Assembly: GCF_036365525.1 (NCBI RefSeq)
Contig: NC_090399.1
Span: 31,094,430-31,158,429 of the forward strand
From: Heterodontus francisci
Lineage: Eukaryota
Direction: 5' to 3'
Length of the DNA stretch: 64,000 bases
The first letter of the stretch is position 1. The number at the start of each line of letters is the position of its first letter. Positions 24,712-35,944 of this stretch are shown piece by piece. The position numbers and the translations under genes are program-made. A model generated the notes under the pieces. It was given only the letters and a program-made list of their open reading frames with translations. It was not told the origin of the DNA and ran no database searches.

Positions 24712-25560
24712 TGTACCAACCGTGGTTGGAGCAACACACTGTCAGTTCAGTCCCTCATTCCACAGGTCGCAGTATCATATTAAGCTTTCACACCGAATTG
24801 GAAAAGCAGCCAAATTAAACAGTCTAGTAACCCCAGAATGAAATAGACCAAACCAAGTATCTTTAGAAAACAACAAATTAACTATTTATTAAAAAGCTAA
24901 ATCTTAAACATGATTAAGATAAACCTATGTCTAAAGACCTTGTAACTTCTTTTAATCTAACTCCCCCATTCACAGATTCACTCAAAAACTAATAGTTAAC
25001 TGGTTTTAAAAGTGGAGATTTTAAAAATTATCTGTCTCTTAAGAATAAATAAGGTAAGAAAGTCTTTGTGTGTTACATTCTCGGTTGATGAGGTCTTCTA
25101 ATGTGAAAATAGTCAAAGGTCACTTGAAGTTTTCACATGGATTTGATGCAAATAGTCCTTCAGTAAATAGGCATTCAACTCTTCGGCTGCATCAAGCATT
25201 CAACAGTTCTTTCAACGACGAGCACAGCAATAAAAGGTTTCTTGAAAAAGAAAGCTTGTCTTCTTTACTCAGGGTATTAACTTGGCTTGTAGCTCCTTGT
25301 ACACACTTCTACTGAGAGGAAATAGGCAGCTTTCTTCTCTTCAGTACACTTCACTAGAAAGTCTCTCCAAACTGTTTCAGACGGTTTTCTGTCAGTTCCA
25401 CACAGCCAAGTGGAAATATTACTATGTGACCTCTCAGTCTTCTGTTGTTGCCCTCGGTAACAAAAATGCAGCTGCTGCACACTGTGTCTCAGAAATTCAA
25501 GAAGTTCTCTCCCTTAAAAGTGTCCTGTTTTTAACAGAATCTTAACGGCACGCACACAGT
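24712..25560 (-). mobile_element. LTR-like insertion truncating the CR1 fragment
   Basis: Begins TGT exactly where CR1 homology stops. Minus-strand AATAAA near 24885-24890. Non-coding. Right end not resolved. Confidence 0.4.
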
Positions 25561-25647
25561 TTTTAATCCGTGGAGAAAAAATACAGTTGATATGATCACC
25601 ACAAAGAAGGGTTTGAGATTGCATATGAAAACGATAACGATAACTAC

Positions 25648-25788
25648 CTTTAACTTTGTTTCAGCAGAAAATAACAGTGGTAATCGCTGAGAACAGCGCT
25701 AGTACAAATAAAGTTGTGATGAAAAACAGGGCTGTATGTACATCCAGGGAACGACCCGGCTGTTGCGTTTGATTTCTCGTCCTCACTG
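25648..25788 (-). pseudogene. Stalk plus transmembrane exon of NKp30-like receptor, no basic residue in the TM core; premature stop
   Basis: Acceptor ttgttttcttgtag; 141 nt, phase 1 to 1: (A)VRTRNQTQQPGRSLDVHTALFFITTLFVLALFSAITTVIFC*NKVK-G; donor gtagtt. TGA at 25663-25661. Confidence 0.75.
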
Positions 25789-26187
25789 CTACAAGAAAAC
25801 AAATGCTATTTTCTCTTTCTTTCTTAGCGCTCGCCTCCTCCTCCACCACAACTACGTGGACAAAGTAATAGTTTAATACTTGAAGAGTTAGTTGCAAAAA
25901 TGCTGCATCTGAAGGAAGATAATTTGACACTAACCTAGCTGCCTGGAAACTCGCTTGATCCGGTGAACACTAGTTTTATAACTCGCCCCATTTTACTCGC
26001 TATTAACTTCAATGGAGAATAACATTGACACAGTGTAAACCGGAGCTCCACCCTATCCCGGGCATTTCCATCCCAGCAACTTATTTTACATTACACCCGA
26101 TATTCGTAATTTTAATTTTACTTCAACACTGATGTGTGTTTCCTTTAATCTACTTTTAAAATAAAAACATAAAATCAACACGCTCAC

Positions 26188-26503
26188 CTGTCACAGCAAG
26201 TGTTGTTCCTTGCCCATAATATTCACCAGAGGCTATAAAATCCACTTTGCAATAATAGGTCGCCGAATCGCTCACTCTCACTTTTGTTAATTGAATCAAA
26301 GCATCAATCTGGCCCAATTACCCGGCCTCTGTATTCTGGCGTACTGTTGGAAAGTTCAGTTCCACCTTTACTGTTCCTGTACCACTTGCAATCACCTATT
26401 CCCCTAAGTCATTCGTACACACAGTACAGAACCGCCACCTTCACCTCGCTTATATTAATGTATGCCACGCTTTGAACAACTGTAACATTCTCAGCACTCA
26501 CTG
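26188..26503 (-). pseudogene. NCR3-like: NKp30/NCR3-like germline-joined VJ Ig exon (pseudo); not represented in the ORF track
   Basis: Acceptor cttttacag, donor gtgagc. (A)VSAENVTVVQSVAYINISEVKVAVLYCVYE*LRGIGDCKWYRNSKGGTELSNSTPEYRGRVIGPD / DALIQLTKVRVSDSATYYCKVDFIASGEYYGQGTTLAVT. Stop at 26411-26409; frameshifting deletion near 26306. Confidence 0.9.
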
Positions 26504-28099
26504 CTGTAAAAGAGCAATGCTTCACACTGAAGCCAGAAACTTACGCTGTCTTTAAATGTGTTTGTAATTCCGCTGCTAAAGTTATGCAGTAGTCTGCTAA
26601 CAGGGCAATGCTAATGTGTGCTTGTCTCAGGTGCGGTCTTGTATTACGGACATTCATTGACTAAAATAAAGCGATTAACTCTTTCTCTAGAATAGCGGGC
26701 CAGGAAATATCATACACAACTTCAGTTCGGTTTCAAATATGAGAATAACATTTGTGACTATTTTGATGAAGGTTCGGGAGGACATTCATGAAAATGAGCT
26801 GATTTATATTTATAAACATTAAACTTTGTGATCATCAAATTGTAATAAACGTTAAATAGTGTTTTTGGAAGATAAATGGTACGCGTGTTAATCCTTCCAT
26901 AGTAATACTGAGAACACAATGTTACATATTGCATTATAAATAGTTTACATTTGAAATTATTGTCAGAACTATCAGTTTGAAAGCGCACAGAGGAAGTACA
27001 GGTAATGTAAAAATATCTTCAAACGGATATAAAATGCACCGCTGTTGTACATAACATTCTCATGAGCACAATGTCAAGTGCATGCCATTAACAGAAACAA
27101 ATCAATGTTTTGATTCAGGTAAGGCCATCTGTTTGAAAATTAGTGAGGGCAATTTTAACATTTGGTAATAGTGGCAAACGGACATTGGCTGATCTGCCGC
27201 CCATTACATGTCTCTCGCGACTTCCAGAAAGAAACATCAGATGAGGCAAATAATGGGAGTGGAGTTCGCATATGCCTATTTTACACTTTTACTAGTTAAT
27301 ACTGCCTCTCTGTTGGTAAGTATCAGTTTTGATGAGTTTATCGCTCTGAGGGGGAAATTTTCACTTCGACCGATGGTGTAAAACAGGCTGGAATGAATTA
27401 TACACAGCACCCTCTTAGAGGACCCGGGCTCACTTTTGTTACTCTTTTCATTTAAAAAAAAATAATTGTAGAAACTCTTACTAAATGTTTTTATATTTCT
27501 AGCTAGCTTTCTTACATGCTCTAATTTCTCCCTCTGTTTTTAGTCATTCTTTGCTGGTTTTTCAAATCTGTCCAACCTTCTGACCTACCAATAATCTTCG
27601 CAGAACTGTACACTTTTTCTTTCAATATGATATGTGATTATTTGTTTCGACTGTTGATTTTTTAGGATTTGCTCAGTTTTTATGTCTCAGTCTCATAACG
27701 AATCAACAATAGTAACTTATATTGCAAGACCAGAATAGGTAAAAATAGATTCAGTAAAATACTTGCGAAAGAAGCAAGATAATCAGATATCAATTTACGT
27801 AGCCCAAGGATCTGTATTCATCCATATGCAAAGATGTTACATAGCGTCTCAAAATAATTCAAAGCTAACCTTAAATACAGACATTTCTACCCAAAAACTA
27901 GCAGCATCAAAGCAACTCAGAACTAACATGCCTTTGTAAATGTCCCATAACTGCTAGATTAATGTTCTACTGTTTATATTAAATTGATATTTGCTGGATG
28001 GCTTCAGGCGTTTGGGAAATTTTCTGTGGCCTTTGTATGTAGTCACATGGTAAATATGTAGAGAAAGATTTCCTGTACTGGACCTCTCCAGATAATTCC

Positions 28100-30380
28100 C
28101 GATCATGTTTGGAATGAATCTATTTTGGTATTTGATAAAACTGCTAACTGTCGACAAGCTGACAAAAGCCGTCTGGTCCTTCGAGATGAGTAAAACTCCC
28201 GAAAGCAACGGCTTACTGGTTGAGTTGTATTCGACTCTGTGGGATTGGATCGTCTCAAACCTGCTGGAAATGTACGAAAGTATGCTTCTGGACGACAGCA
28301 TGTCAGATCCATGAGCAAAGGCACCATTAGCCCCATCTACAAGCGGAAGGGGGAGAGGGAGAAAATCATAAATTGGCAGCCCACCTGACTGCTTCATGTG
28401 GACAACAAAATTCTGTCCAAAATCATTGCCAGTCGGGTCACGTCTGCTCTGGTGTTGGTGATTCACCCTAATCAGACCTGTACTGCACCCAGCAGTAAGA
28501 CCTCTGATAGCCTCACGCGACTAAGAGATACGATCATCAATGTATGGGACGGGGGTGGTGGTGGGGGGGGGGGGGTGGTGTGGGGGGTGCGGGGGGTGGA
28601 CACCTGCCTCATCAGCCTGGACCAGAACACGGCTTTTGATAGGATATCACACACCTACATGATGGACATTCTCTCAAAAATGGGGTTTGGGGAGGGAATC
28701 TGCATTTGAATTCAGCTGCTCTACACAACCCTCAGTTGTGCAACCTCAATCAATTGGTGGGAATCAGAAAGTTTTCTGATCAAATATGGAGTCAGCCATG
28801 ACTGTCCTCTCTCCCTTGTCTTGGTTGCTTGCTGCATCGAACCTTTTGCTGAGTCCATTAGGAAGGATGCGGGCTAAAGGAGGTGACAATCGCAGGCAGT
28901 GTAGGCACTCAGGTCAAAACCTCTCTGGACATGGACGACATCACTGTTTTCTGCTCAGAGCCGCTGTTGAGCATCTTTGACCATTTTGAGTTGGCCTTAG
29001 AACCAAAATAAACTGCAGAAAGAATGTGGCCATGTTTTCTGGGAACTGGCCCACCAATCGTTTGTCCCCTTTACTGTCAGATCAGACTGCCTGAAGGTGC
29101 AAGTGATATGGTTTGGAGGGGCCAGGTCATTTGCCAAAAACTATAAGGAACGACCAGCCATGGTAAACAGAAACAGATCATCTGGAAGCAGTGCTCCTTT
29201 TCCATTGGGTAAGAAACTGGTCATTTGATGCTGCTGTACGTGGCGCTGGTCTGGCCCATACCCCACTCTTGCGCCATGCCAGTCACCTAAGCCATCCTCC
29301 GCTTTAGTTGAAGATCGAAAATGTATTGTGTCCACAGGGAAGCAATGTTCAAAGCTCTAGATAAAGGAGGAAAACACTTACCCAACATCACCCTCATGCC
29401 GATGGCTACCATTTTGTGCAGCTGCATCAAACTGTATGTAAATCCCTAATATGCAAATCCCAAATGTGCTGAGGTTCTATCTGACTCCGGTGTTATGAAG
29501 AATGGATCTAGCTATGTTGCGCTGTAAAGTTCCATTCAGTTGCATCGGGCCCTACCACCTGTTGCTTGTGGAAAAGTGTGTGCAGAAAAATACCATTGAC
29601 CACAAATCCATCAGGCAATGGTCTGAATGTAACGTCCTCAAGGCTCTGTGGGAAAAGGAGATGGTGGATCTGTCAGATTGTTTTCCCGAGCAATCTGTCA
29701 AAGTCATCTGGCAGAATGCCACATCGCCAGAGTTTCAAACAAGCACCAAGACATAGCTTAGCTGGTGGTGAGAATGCCGTCCCTGTCAGATCTTCCCTGC
29801 ATGCTTGCAGTCTCCCTGCCTCCACACACAGCCCGCGAAGTGGCTGTGGTGGGGACGAGACCATTGTCTACTTCCTTCTGGAATGTGGCTTCAAAAAACA
29901 GGTATGGAAAGAAATGCAATTTTTTTTGTCGGGGTTCATCCTGAGCAGTTCCGTAATGAATGACTGGGTGCTCTACGGGCTGTTCCCAGGGATGCACACT
30001 GAAATAAACATCAACTGCTACTGGAGGACCATCAACTTGGTGAAAGACACTCTTTGGTCTGTCTGAAACATGCTGGTCTTCCAGTGCAAAGAGTTGTCCA
30101 CGGCAGAGTATTTCAGACTGGCAAATTCCAAGGTCCAATATTAAGTACTGGGGGATGCAATAAAGCTTGGGGCAGCCGCCGCAAAGGCTCAATGGGGAAA
30201 GGTGTAAGATGTTCCCACAATCGTATACCAAAGAGCTGGAAACCTTGTAAAACCCCTTGTGCTGGCAGAAGCAGAGAATGTTTTTGGTATATAATCCAAA
30301 TGCACATTGAAAACATAACTGTAACGGTAAGAGTAGTGAGACACCTCATCTTCTGTATTGAAAGAAACTGATCTTTATTG
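28100..30380 (+). mobile_element. Tx1/L1-clade LINE, RT and C-terminal zinc-knuckle region, decayed
   Basis: KTPESNGL.VELYS.LWDWI, VDNKILSKIIASRV, ISLDQNTAFDRISH.YM..IL.KMGFGEGI, PRSGCGGDETI...LLEC. Confidence 0.85.
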
Positions 30381-31800
30381 CACTTTATGAAATGTCCAAT
30401 TTGAATTATTTAATGAGGTTTTTTTTAACAATTTTTTTTGGGTGGGGGGGGGGAATAAAATAAAACGACGATGTTGCTTACGATGGTTCTGCAATTATAC
30501 CATAGGGAATATTTCCCATTTATATTTTAATAAACGCACAAATTAGGTGTTTGCACAATATCATTTTTTCGCTGACAATAATGATTGCTGATACATTGCA
30601 TTTTCACATGATGTCGCTAAGGCATTATAGAGTACGTTTCCGGCTGGCCATCCAGGCGTAAAACTGACTTGCACATCAATTACCTGCAACAGACGCAATT
30701 TGTATTTCCTTTGAAGTGTTACTTTTCATTTAGTGCTGAACTGAAAAATTAACTTGTCCATCTTCACCACGGATGTTGACGAGTCGACTCAATGTTTCGA
30801 GCATTTTTGCTTTTCTGTGAGCTTTCTGGCACCTGCCGAGGATTAAAAACAATGGGTATGCATAGTTCTCCAGTTATACGCCCCTGCTGAAATTCAGTTC
30901 CGTTGACTTCTATACAACTCAGTATTGGGTGAGTGGGATAACGGGTGGTAAAAGTGATTCCACCTGAAGTGCAACTTCAGTCATGTCCAATTTCATCTCT
31001 AATATATTTAATCTGCAGTCTATGCCAATCAGAATTGTCCTTTTTGTATTGCGATGTCCAAACACGTCTAAACACTGTAAAGCAAATCACATTGCTGTAG
31101 ATTTACCCTTGGCTTTCAGATCGGCTGCTCTTTATAGAAACCAGCATGATTTACATGTGCATTAAAATAAATGGAATGAAATTGGTCTTGGACTGCAGCA
31201 CAAAACGGGCGAATGGAAAATCGCAGGCAGTTTTACGTCCTGCCCATTTTCCATTGCTGTAACTTCAAGAGGAAAGAAAAGCATGTGCCCAAAACCAATT
31301 GTACCCCAAATGGGATGCAAATCAGACACCTTCTTTAACAAGCAATGGATTCACTCCACCAGGCAATGAACATGAACATTATCCTCTAGTAAGCCCTAAA
31401 ACTTGGCATGTGAGTATATTCAAACAGTTAATTTTTTTAAACTTCACTGTTTAAATTTTAACGATAGATAAACAACAGCACAGATAACAGCCCCAGTAAA
31501 AGAGTGGCCAGCGAACTAGGAGATTACTTTCATTGTGATAGAATTTCAGCTTTCCGCTAGGCATAAAGCTGGCATTGCAAATAGTCGCGATGAATGGATT
31601 TCAGGTTGGAAGCTTATAGCAGCAATACAATATTCAGTAAGGCACGATTACCCTTTATTCCCTGCAATTGTTGCTCTGTTGCTCACACTTATTCGAAATC
31701 TGACCGGTGTAAAATCTTGAAAAGGTCACATGTTCCATACAGTCACTCAAAGTTACAACTTCCAATCAGATACCAGATACTTTTTTTTTCTGATTTCCAC

Positions 31801-32103
31801 AAATTAACGCCAAGAAGTTCGTAGTTATTCAAAAGGTGCCCATGATTCTGGCAGAGGAAGGACAGGCAGTCTTCCTCCACTGTACCTACACAGCCAAGGC
31901 CTCCAAGGTGACAGGGTCTTACAGTTGGTACATGGACAGCAGGAAAGGCATAGAAGTTTCCAATGAACAAAGGACGGATCTACAGACACAAAAAGGATTT
32001 CTTTCATATTGGTGATGCGTCCAAACTACTAAAGGATGTGAAAGTGAACGATTGAGGCAACTAGGCGAGGAATATGGAGCAGGAACAAATCTCACCATGA
32101 GAG
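31801..32103 (+). pseudogene. NCR3-like: NKp30-like VJ exon V1 (pseudo; two deletions, YYC lost)
   Basis: INAKKFVVIQKVPMILAEEGQAVFLHCTYTAKASKVTGSYSWYMDSRKGIEVSNE / KGRIYRHKKDFFHIGDASKLLKDVKVND / RQLGEEYGAGTNLTMR-G; donor gtcagg. Acceptor position reads CAC. Confidence 0.9.
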
Positions 32104-32482
32104 GTCAGGCATTCTCTTGTCGGCTTGATGGGCTGGATGGCCTCCTCTTGCTCCAATGTTCCTATGCTATGTGGTTTGCTGTCAAAGTTTGCTTTTTAAT
32201 GCTCCTGCGAATTGTCTCAGGACGTTTTGCTACTGTTGAAGGCGCTAGGTAAATATAAATTGTTGTCATTGTCCAGTGATGGAAACAAGTTAATCAGCTT
32301 TTGCCTTAGTGCATAATTACATCGAATGTCCAGCACAGAATAGGCCATTCGGCCCAACCGTTCCATTCTAGTATTTATACTCTACACATGCCTGTTCCCA
32401 TTCCTCTTCATCAACATGCACGACTGTGTCTCAAAGTTCCAACTTCCAATCAGATAGCAGATACTTTTTTTCTGATTTCCAT

Positions 32483-32824
32483 GAATTAACACCGAGAATT
32501 TCACTGTTGTTCAAAAGGTGCCCAGGATTCTGGCAGAGGAAGGACGGACAGTCTTCCTCCCCTGTACTTACAGAGCCGAAATCTCCAACGTGACAGGGTG
32601 TTATAGCTGGTGCAAGGACAGCAGGAATGGCACAGAAGTTTCTAATGGGACAGCAGAGTATACAGGACAGATCTACAGACACAAAGAGGATTTCTTTCAT
32701 ACTGGATATGCGTCCATACTAATAAAGGACGTGAGAGTGAACGAGTCCGGGGCGTATTACTGCAGAGTGCGAATGATGCAACTGGGCGAGGAATATGGAG
32801 CAGGAACAAAGCTTACTGTGACAG
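32483..32824 (+). CDS. NCR3-like: NKp30/NCR3-like germline-joined VJ exon V2; open frame but non-canonical acceptor
   Basis: INTENFTVVQKVPRILAEEGRTVFLPCTYRAEISNVTGCYSWCKDSRNGTEVSNGTAEYTGQIYRHKEDFFHTGYASILIKDVRVNESGAYYCRVRMMQLGEEYGAGTKLTVT. Shares EG...FLPC, G.EV.NGT.E..G, I.DVR, Y.CRV...LG...G.GT.L.V with human NKp30 as recalled from memory. Acceptor position reads CAT; weak donor gtccgt. Confidence 0.85.
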
Positions 32825-33033
32825 GTCCGTCATTCTGCTATCTGAAATATCAGTTGAGCAATGGGAATGGGGGTGGGGTTGGGGGGAGAATCAATTGCAC
32901 AATGTGGTGGCCCTATCTCCAACTGGCGCATCTGTCAGAATGGCTGCCCTGTAGTGGACTCCCAAGACGGAATCAGCCTGAGCTGCAGAGAGGAGACTAT
33001 TTAATAATTTTAAATAACCAGTTCCTGACTGGA

Positions 33034-33372
33034 GGTCGCACAGTGGCATAGTGGTTAGCACCGCAACCTCACAGCTCCAGAGACCCAGGTTCAGTTCTGG
33101 GTGCTGCCTGTGCGGAGTTTGCAAGTTCTCCCTGTGACCGCATGGGTTTCCACAAGGTGCTCCGGTTTCCTCCCACATCCAAAGACTGCAGGTTGATAGG
33201 TAAATTGGCCATGGTAAATTGCCCTTAGTGTAGGTAGGTGGTCGGAGAATTGTGGGGATGTGGTCGGGAATATGGGATTAATGTAGGATTAGTATAAATG
33301 GGTGGTTGTTGGTCGGCACAGACTCGGTGGGCCGAAGGGCCCGTTTCAGTGCTGGATCTCTCTATGACTCTA
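33034..33372 (+). mobile_element. HE1-type V-SINE (tRNA head, V central domain, CR1-like tail)
   Basis: A-box-like tggcatagtgg, B-box-like ggttcagttc, V-domain ggagtttgcaagttctccctgtg...ggtgctccggtttcctcccaca, and tail gggccgaagggcc. Confidence 0.85.
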
Positions 33373-33641
33373 AAGTCACAAAGCATTTACCGCCTGTTAT
33401 ACCACACATGTGACATTCAGTGCTACTGAACTCAGTGAACTGAATATGGGTCCATGTATACAATGCACGACCAATGTAAAACCTTTTTTGCTTCATTTGT
33501 GCTGAAGAAAATAAGAACATAAGACACAGGAGCAGAAGTAGGCCATTCGTCCCATCGACCCTGCTTTGCCATTTAATAAGATCATGGCTGAACTGATTGT
33601 GGCCTTAACTCCACTTTTCTGTCAGGCCCCCATAAACTTTG

Positions 33642-34999
33642 TATAAAAGCAAAATACTGCGGATGCTGGAAATCTGAAATAAAAACAAGAAATGCTGGAA
33701 CCACTCAGCAGGTCTGGCAGCATCTGTGGAAAGAAAAGCAGAGATAACATTTCGGGTCAGTGACCCTTCATCGGAACTGACAAATATTAGAAAAGTCACA
33801 GGTTATGAGCAGGTGAGGTGGGGGTGGGGCAAGAAGTAACAAAGGAGGTCTAGATTGGACCAGGCCGCATAGCTGACCAAAAGGTCACGGGGCAAAGGCA
33901 AACAATATGTTAATAGTGTGTTGAAAGACAAAGCATTAGTACAAATTAGGTGTTAATACACTGAATATTGAACAGCAGCAAGTGCAAACCTGAAAAAAAA
34001 CAGTGAGTAAGCAAACTGAACAAACTAAGATGAAATGAAATAAATGCAAAAAAATAAGATTGTAAAAAATGTAAAAAAAGAATGTAAAAAGAAAGAAAAG
34101 AAAAATCACTAAAAATGAAAGTAAAATGGGGGGCTGTCATGCTCTGAAGTTATTGAACTCAATGTTCAGTCCGGCAGGCTGCAGTGTGCCTAATCGGTAG
34201 ATGAGATGCTGTTCCTCGAGCTTGCGTTGATGTTCACTGCAACACTGCAGCAATCCCAGGACAGAGATGTGAACATGAGAGCAGTGGGGAGTGTTGAAAT
34301 GGCAAGCAACCGGAAGCTCAGGGTCCTGCTTGCGAACCGAGCGGAGATGTTCCGCAAAGCGGTCACCCAGTCTGCGCTTGGCATTTCAACACTCCCCCCT
34401 GCTCTCATGCTCACATCCTCGGCCTGGGATTGCTGCAGTGTTCCAGTGAACATCAACGCAAGCTCGAGGAACAGCATCTCATTTACCGATTAGGCACACT
34501 ACAGCCTGCCGGACTGAACATTGAGTTCAATAATTTCAGAGCATGACAGCCCCCCATTTTACTTTCATTTTTAGTGATTTTTTTCCCCTTTCTTTTTACA
34601 TTCTTTTTTACATTTTTTACAATCTTTTTTTTGCATTTATTTCATTTCATCTTAGTTTGTTCAGTTGGCTTACTCACTGTTTTTTTCAGGTTTGCACTTG
34701 CTGCTGTTCAATATTCAGTGTATTAACACCTAATTTGTACTAATGCTTTGTCTTTCAACACACCATTAACATATTGTTTGCCTTTGCTCCGTGACCTTTT
34801 GGTCAGCTATGCAGCCTTGTCCAATCTAGACCTCCTTTGTTATCTCTTGCCCCACCCCCACCTCACTTGCTTATAACCTGTGACTTTTCTAATATTTGTC
34901 AGTTCCGATGAAGGGTCACTGACCCGAAATGTTAACTCTGCTTCTCTTTCCACAGATGCTGCCAGACCTGCTGAGTGGTTCCAGCATTTCTTGTTTTTA
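33642..34999. mobile_element. Palindromic Penelope-like (Neptune-type) insertion inside an old CR1 tail
   Basis: Arms of about 620 bp (33680-34301 vs 34382-34999) with an 80-bp spacer. Mirror ORFs 34190-34477(-) and 34206-34493(+). 14-bp TSD ccccataaactttg (33628-33641) / ccccataacctttg (35000-35013). Confidence 0.92.
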
Positions 35000-35333
35000 C
35001 CCCATAACCTTTGACTCGTTTGTAGATCAAAAATCTGTCTAACTCTGCGTTGAATATATTCAATGACCCAGCCTCCACTGCGGAAGAATTCTAAACACGT
35101 AATGTCCCTTTGAGAGAAGAAAGTCCTCCTCATCTCCATCTTAAATGGGAGAACCTTTATTTTGACAATAGCGGAGGAACCTCGGCATTAAAAACAGCAC
35201 ATGTTGGAAAGCAAACCTGTTGGTTGGTTACATATATCAAAAGATGTGCCGACAGAAACAAGTCCACTCTGAAAGCCGTCTGTTCCTGCACGGCTGTCAT
35301 AAAGTAGCAATTTTAAATTTATTTGGTTTCTCT

Positions 35334-35666
35334 GAATTAACGCCGAGTTCAGAGTTCTTCTGAAGTTGCTGAGTATTTAGGTTTTGGAAGGGAAGTCAGT
35401 GGTCATCCCCTGTCCCCACACAACCAACTCGTCTATTGGGAAGAAGAGTTATAGCTGGTACAAGAATGCCAGAAATGGAACAGAAGTTTCTAATGGAGAA
35501 GCAGAGTACAAAGGACAGATCTTTTGGCCCAAAGAAGAGGATTTTTTTAACGCTTCCATTCTAATAATGGTGGTTAGTGTGAACGATTCCGGGATATATT
35601 ACTGCAGCGTGAAAATGAGACGGCTCGACAAGGAATGTGGAGCAGGAACATATCTCACTGTGAGAG
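35334..35666 (+). pseudogene. NCR3-like: NKp30-like VJ exon V3 (one in-frame stop near the start)
   Basis: INAEFRVLLKLLSI*VLEGKSVVIPCPHTTNSSIGKKSYSWYKNARNGTEVSNGEAEYKGQIFWPKEEDFFNASILIMVVSVNDSGIYYCSVKMRRLDKECGAGTYLTVR-G; donor gtcagt. TAG at 35378-35380. Acceptor position reads TCT. Confidence 0.9.
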
Positions 35667-35944
35667 GTCAGTCATTCTCCTGTCTACAGTATCGTGCCCC
35701 ATAATATGGCTTTCCTTCCGACTGGCACCTCTGCCCAGAACGGCTGCCCTGTGGCAAATTCCAATTGTGGAATTGTGTCTCCGCTGCTGAGAGGAGACAA
35801 CTGAATCATTGGAAATAACTAATCACTGACCAGGAGTGAATTTTATTTGTCGAGAATGCAAACAATGGCCTTTGACAGCCGTTATAACAACATACCTGAA
35901 ATTCAGCTCCACTGAGTCAATGGAAGTTGATATTCTCTATGACT

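Noticed and set aside
26504-26544. gtaagt donor just upstream of the minus V exon as the end of a leader exon
   Set aside because: The intron would be only 41 nt and the upstream frame is not hydrophobic.
31780-31802. AC at the V1 acceptor as a U12 (AT-AC) intron end
   Set aside because: No CCTTRAC branch site lies upstream, and no ATATCCTT donor was seen at a plausible exon end. V2 and V3 do not keep the AC.
33039-33045. CACAGTG heptamer downstream of V2, suggesting a recombination signal sequence
   Set aside because: It lies in the tRNA head of the V-SINE, 215 nt past the exon, with no nonamer at 12 or 23 spacing. The V exons already contain their J-like strand, so this is not a rearranging Ig/TCR locus.
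32825-33051. Read-through of the V2 ORF as a secreted C-terminal extension
   Set aside because: It runs past the donor into intron sequence and the SINE. The paralogous region after V3 does not keep the frame.
33034-33100. tRNA gene
   Set aside because: It is the Pol III head of a SINE, continuous with the V domain and LINE-derived tail.
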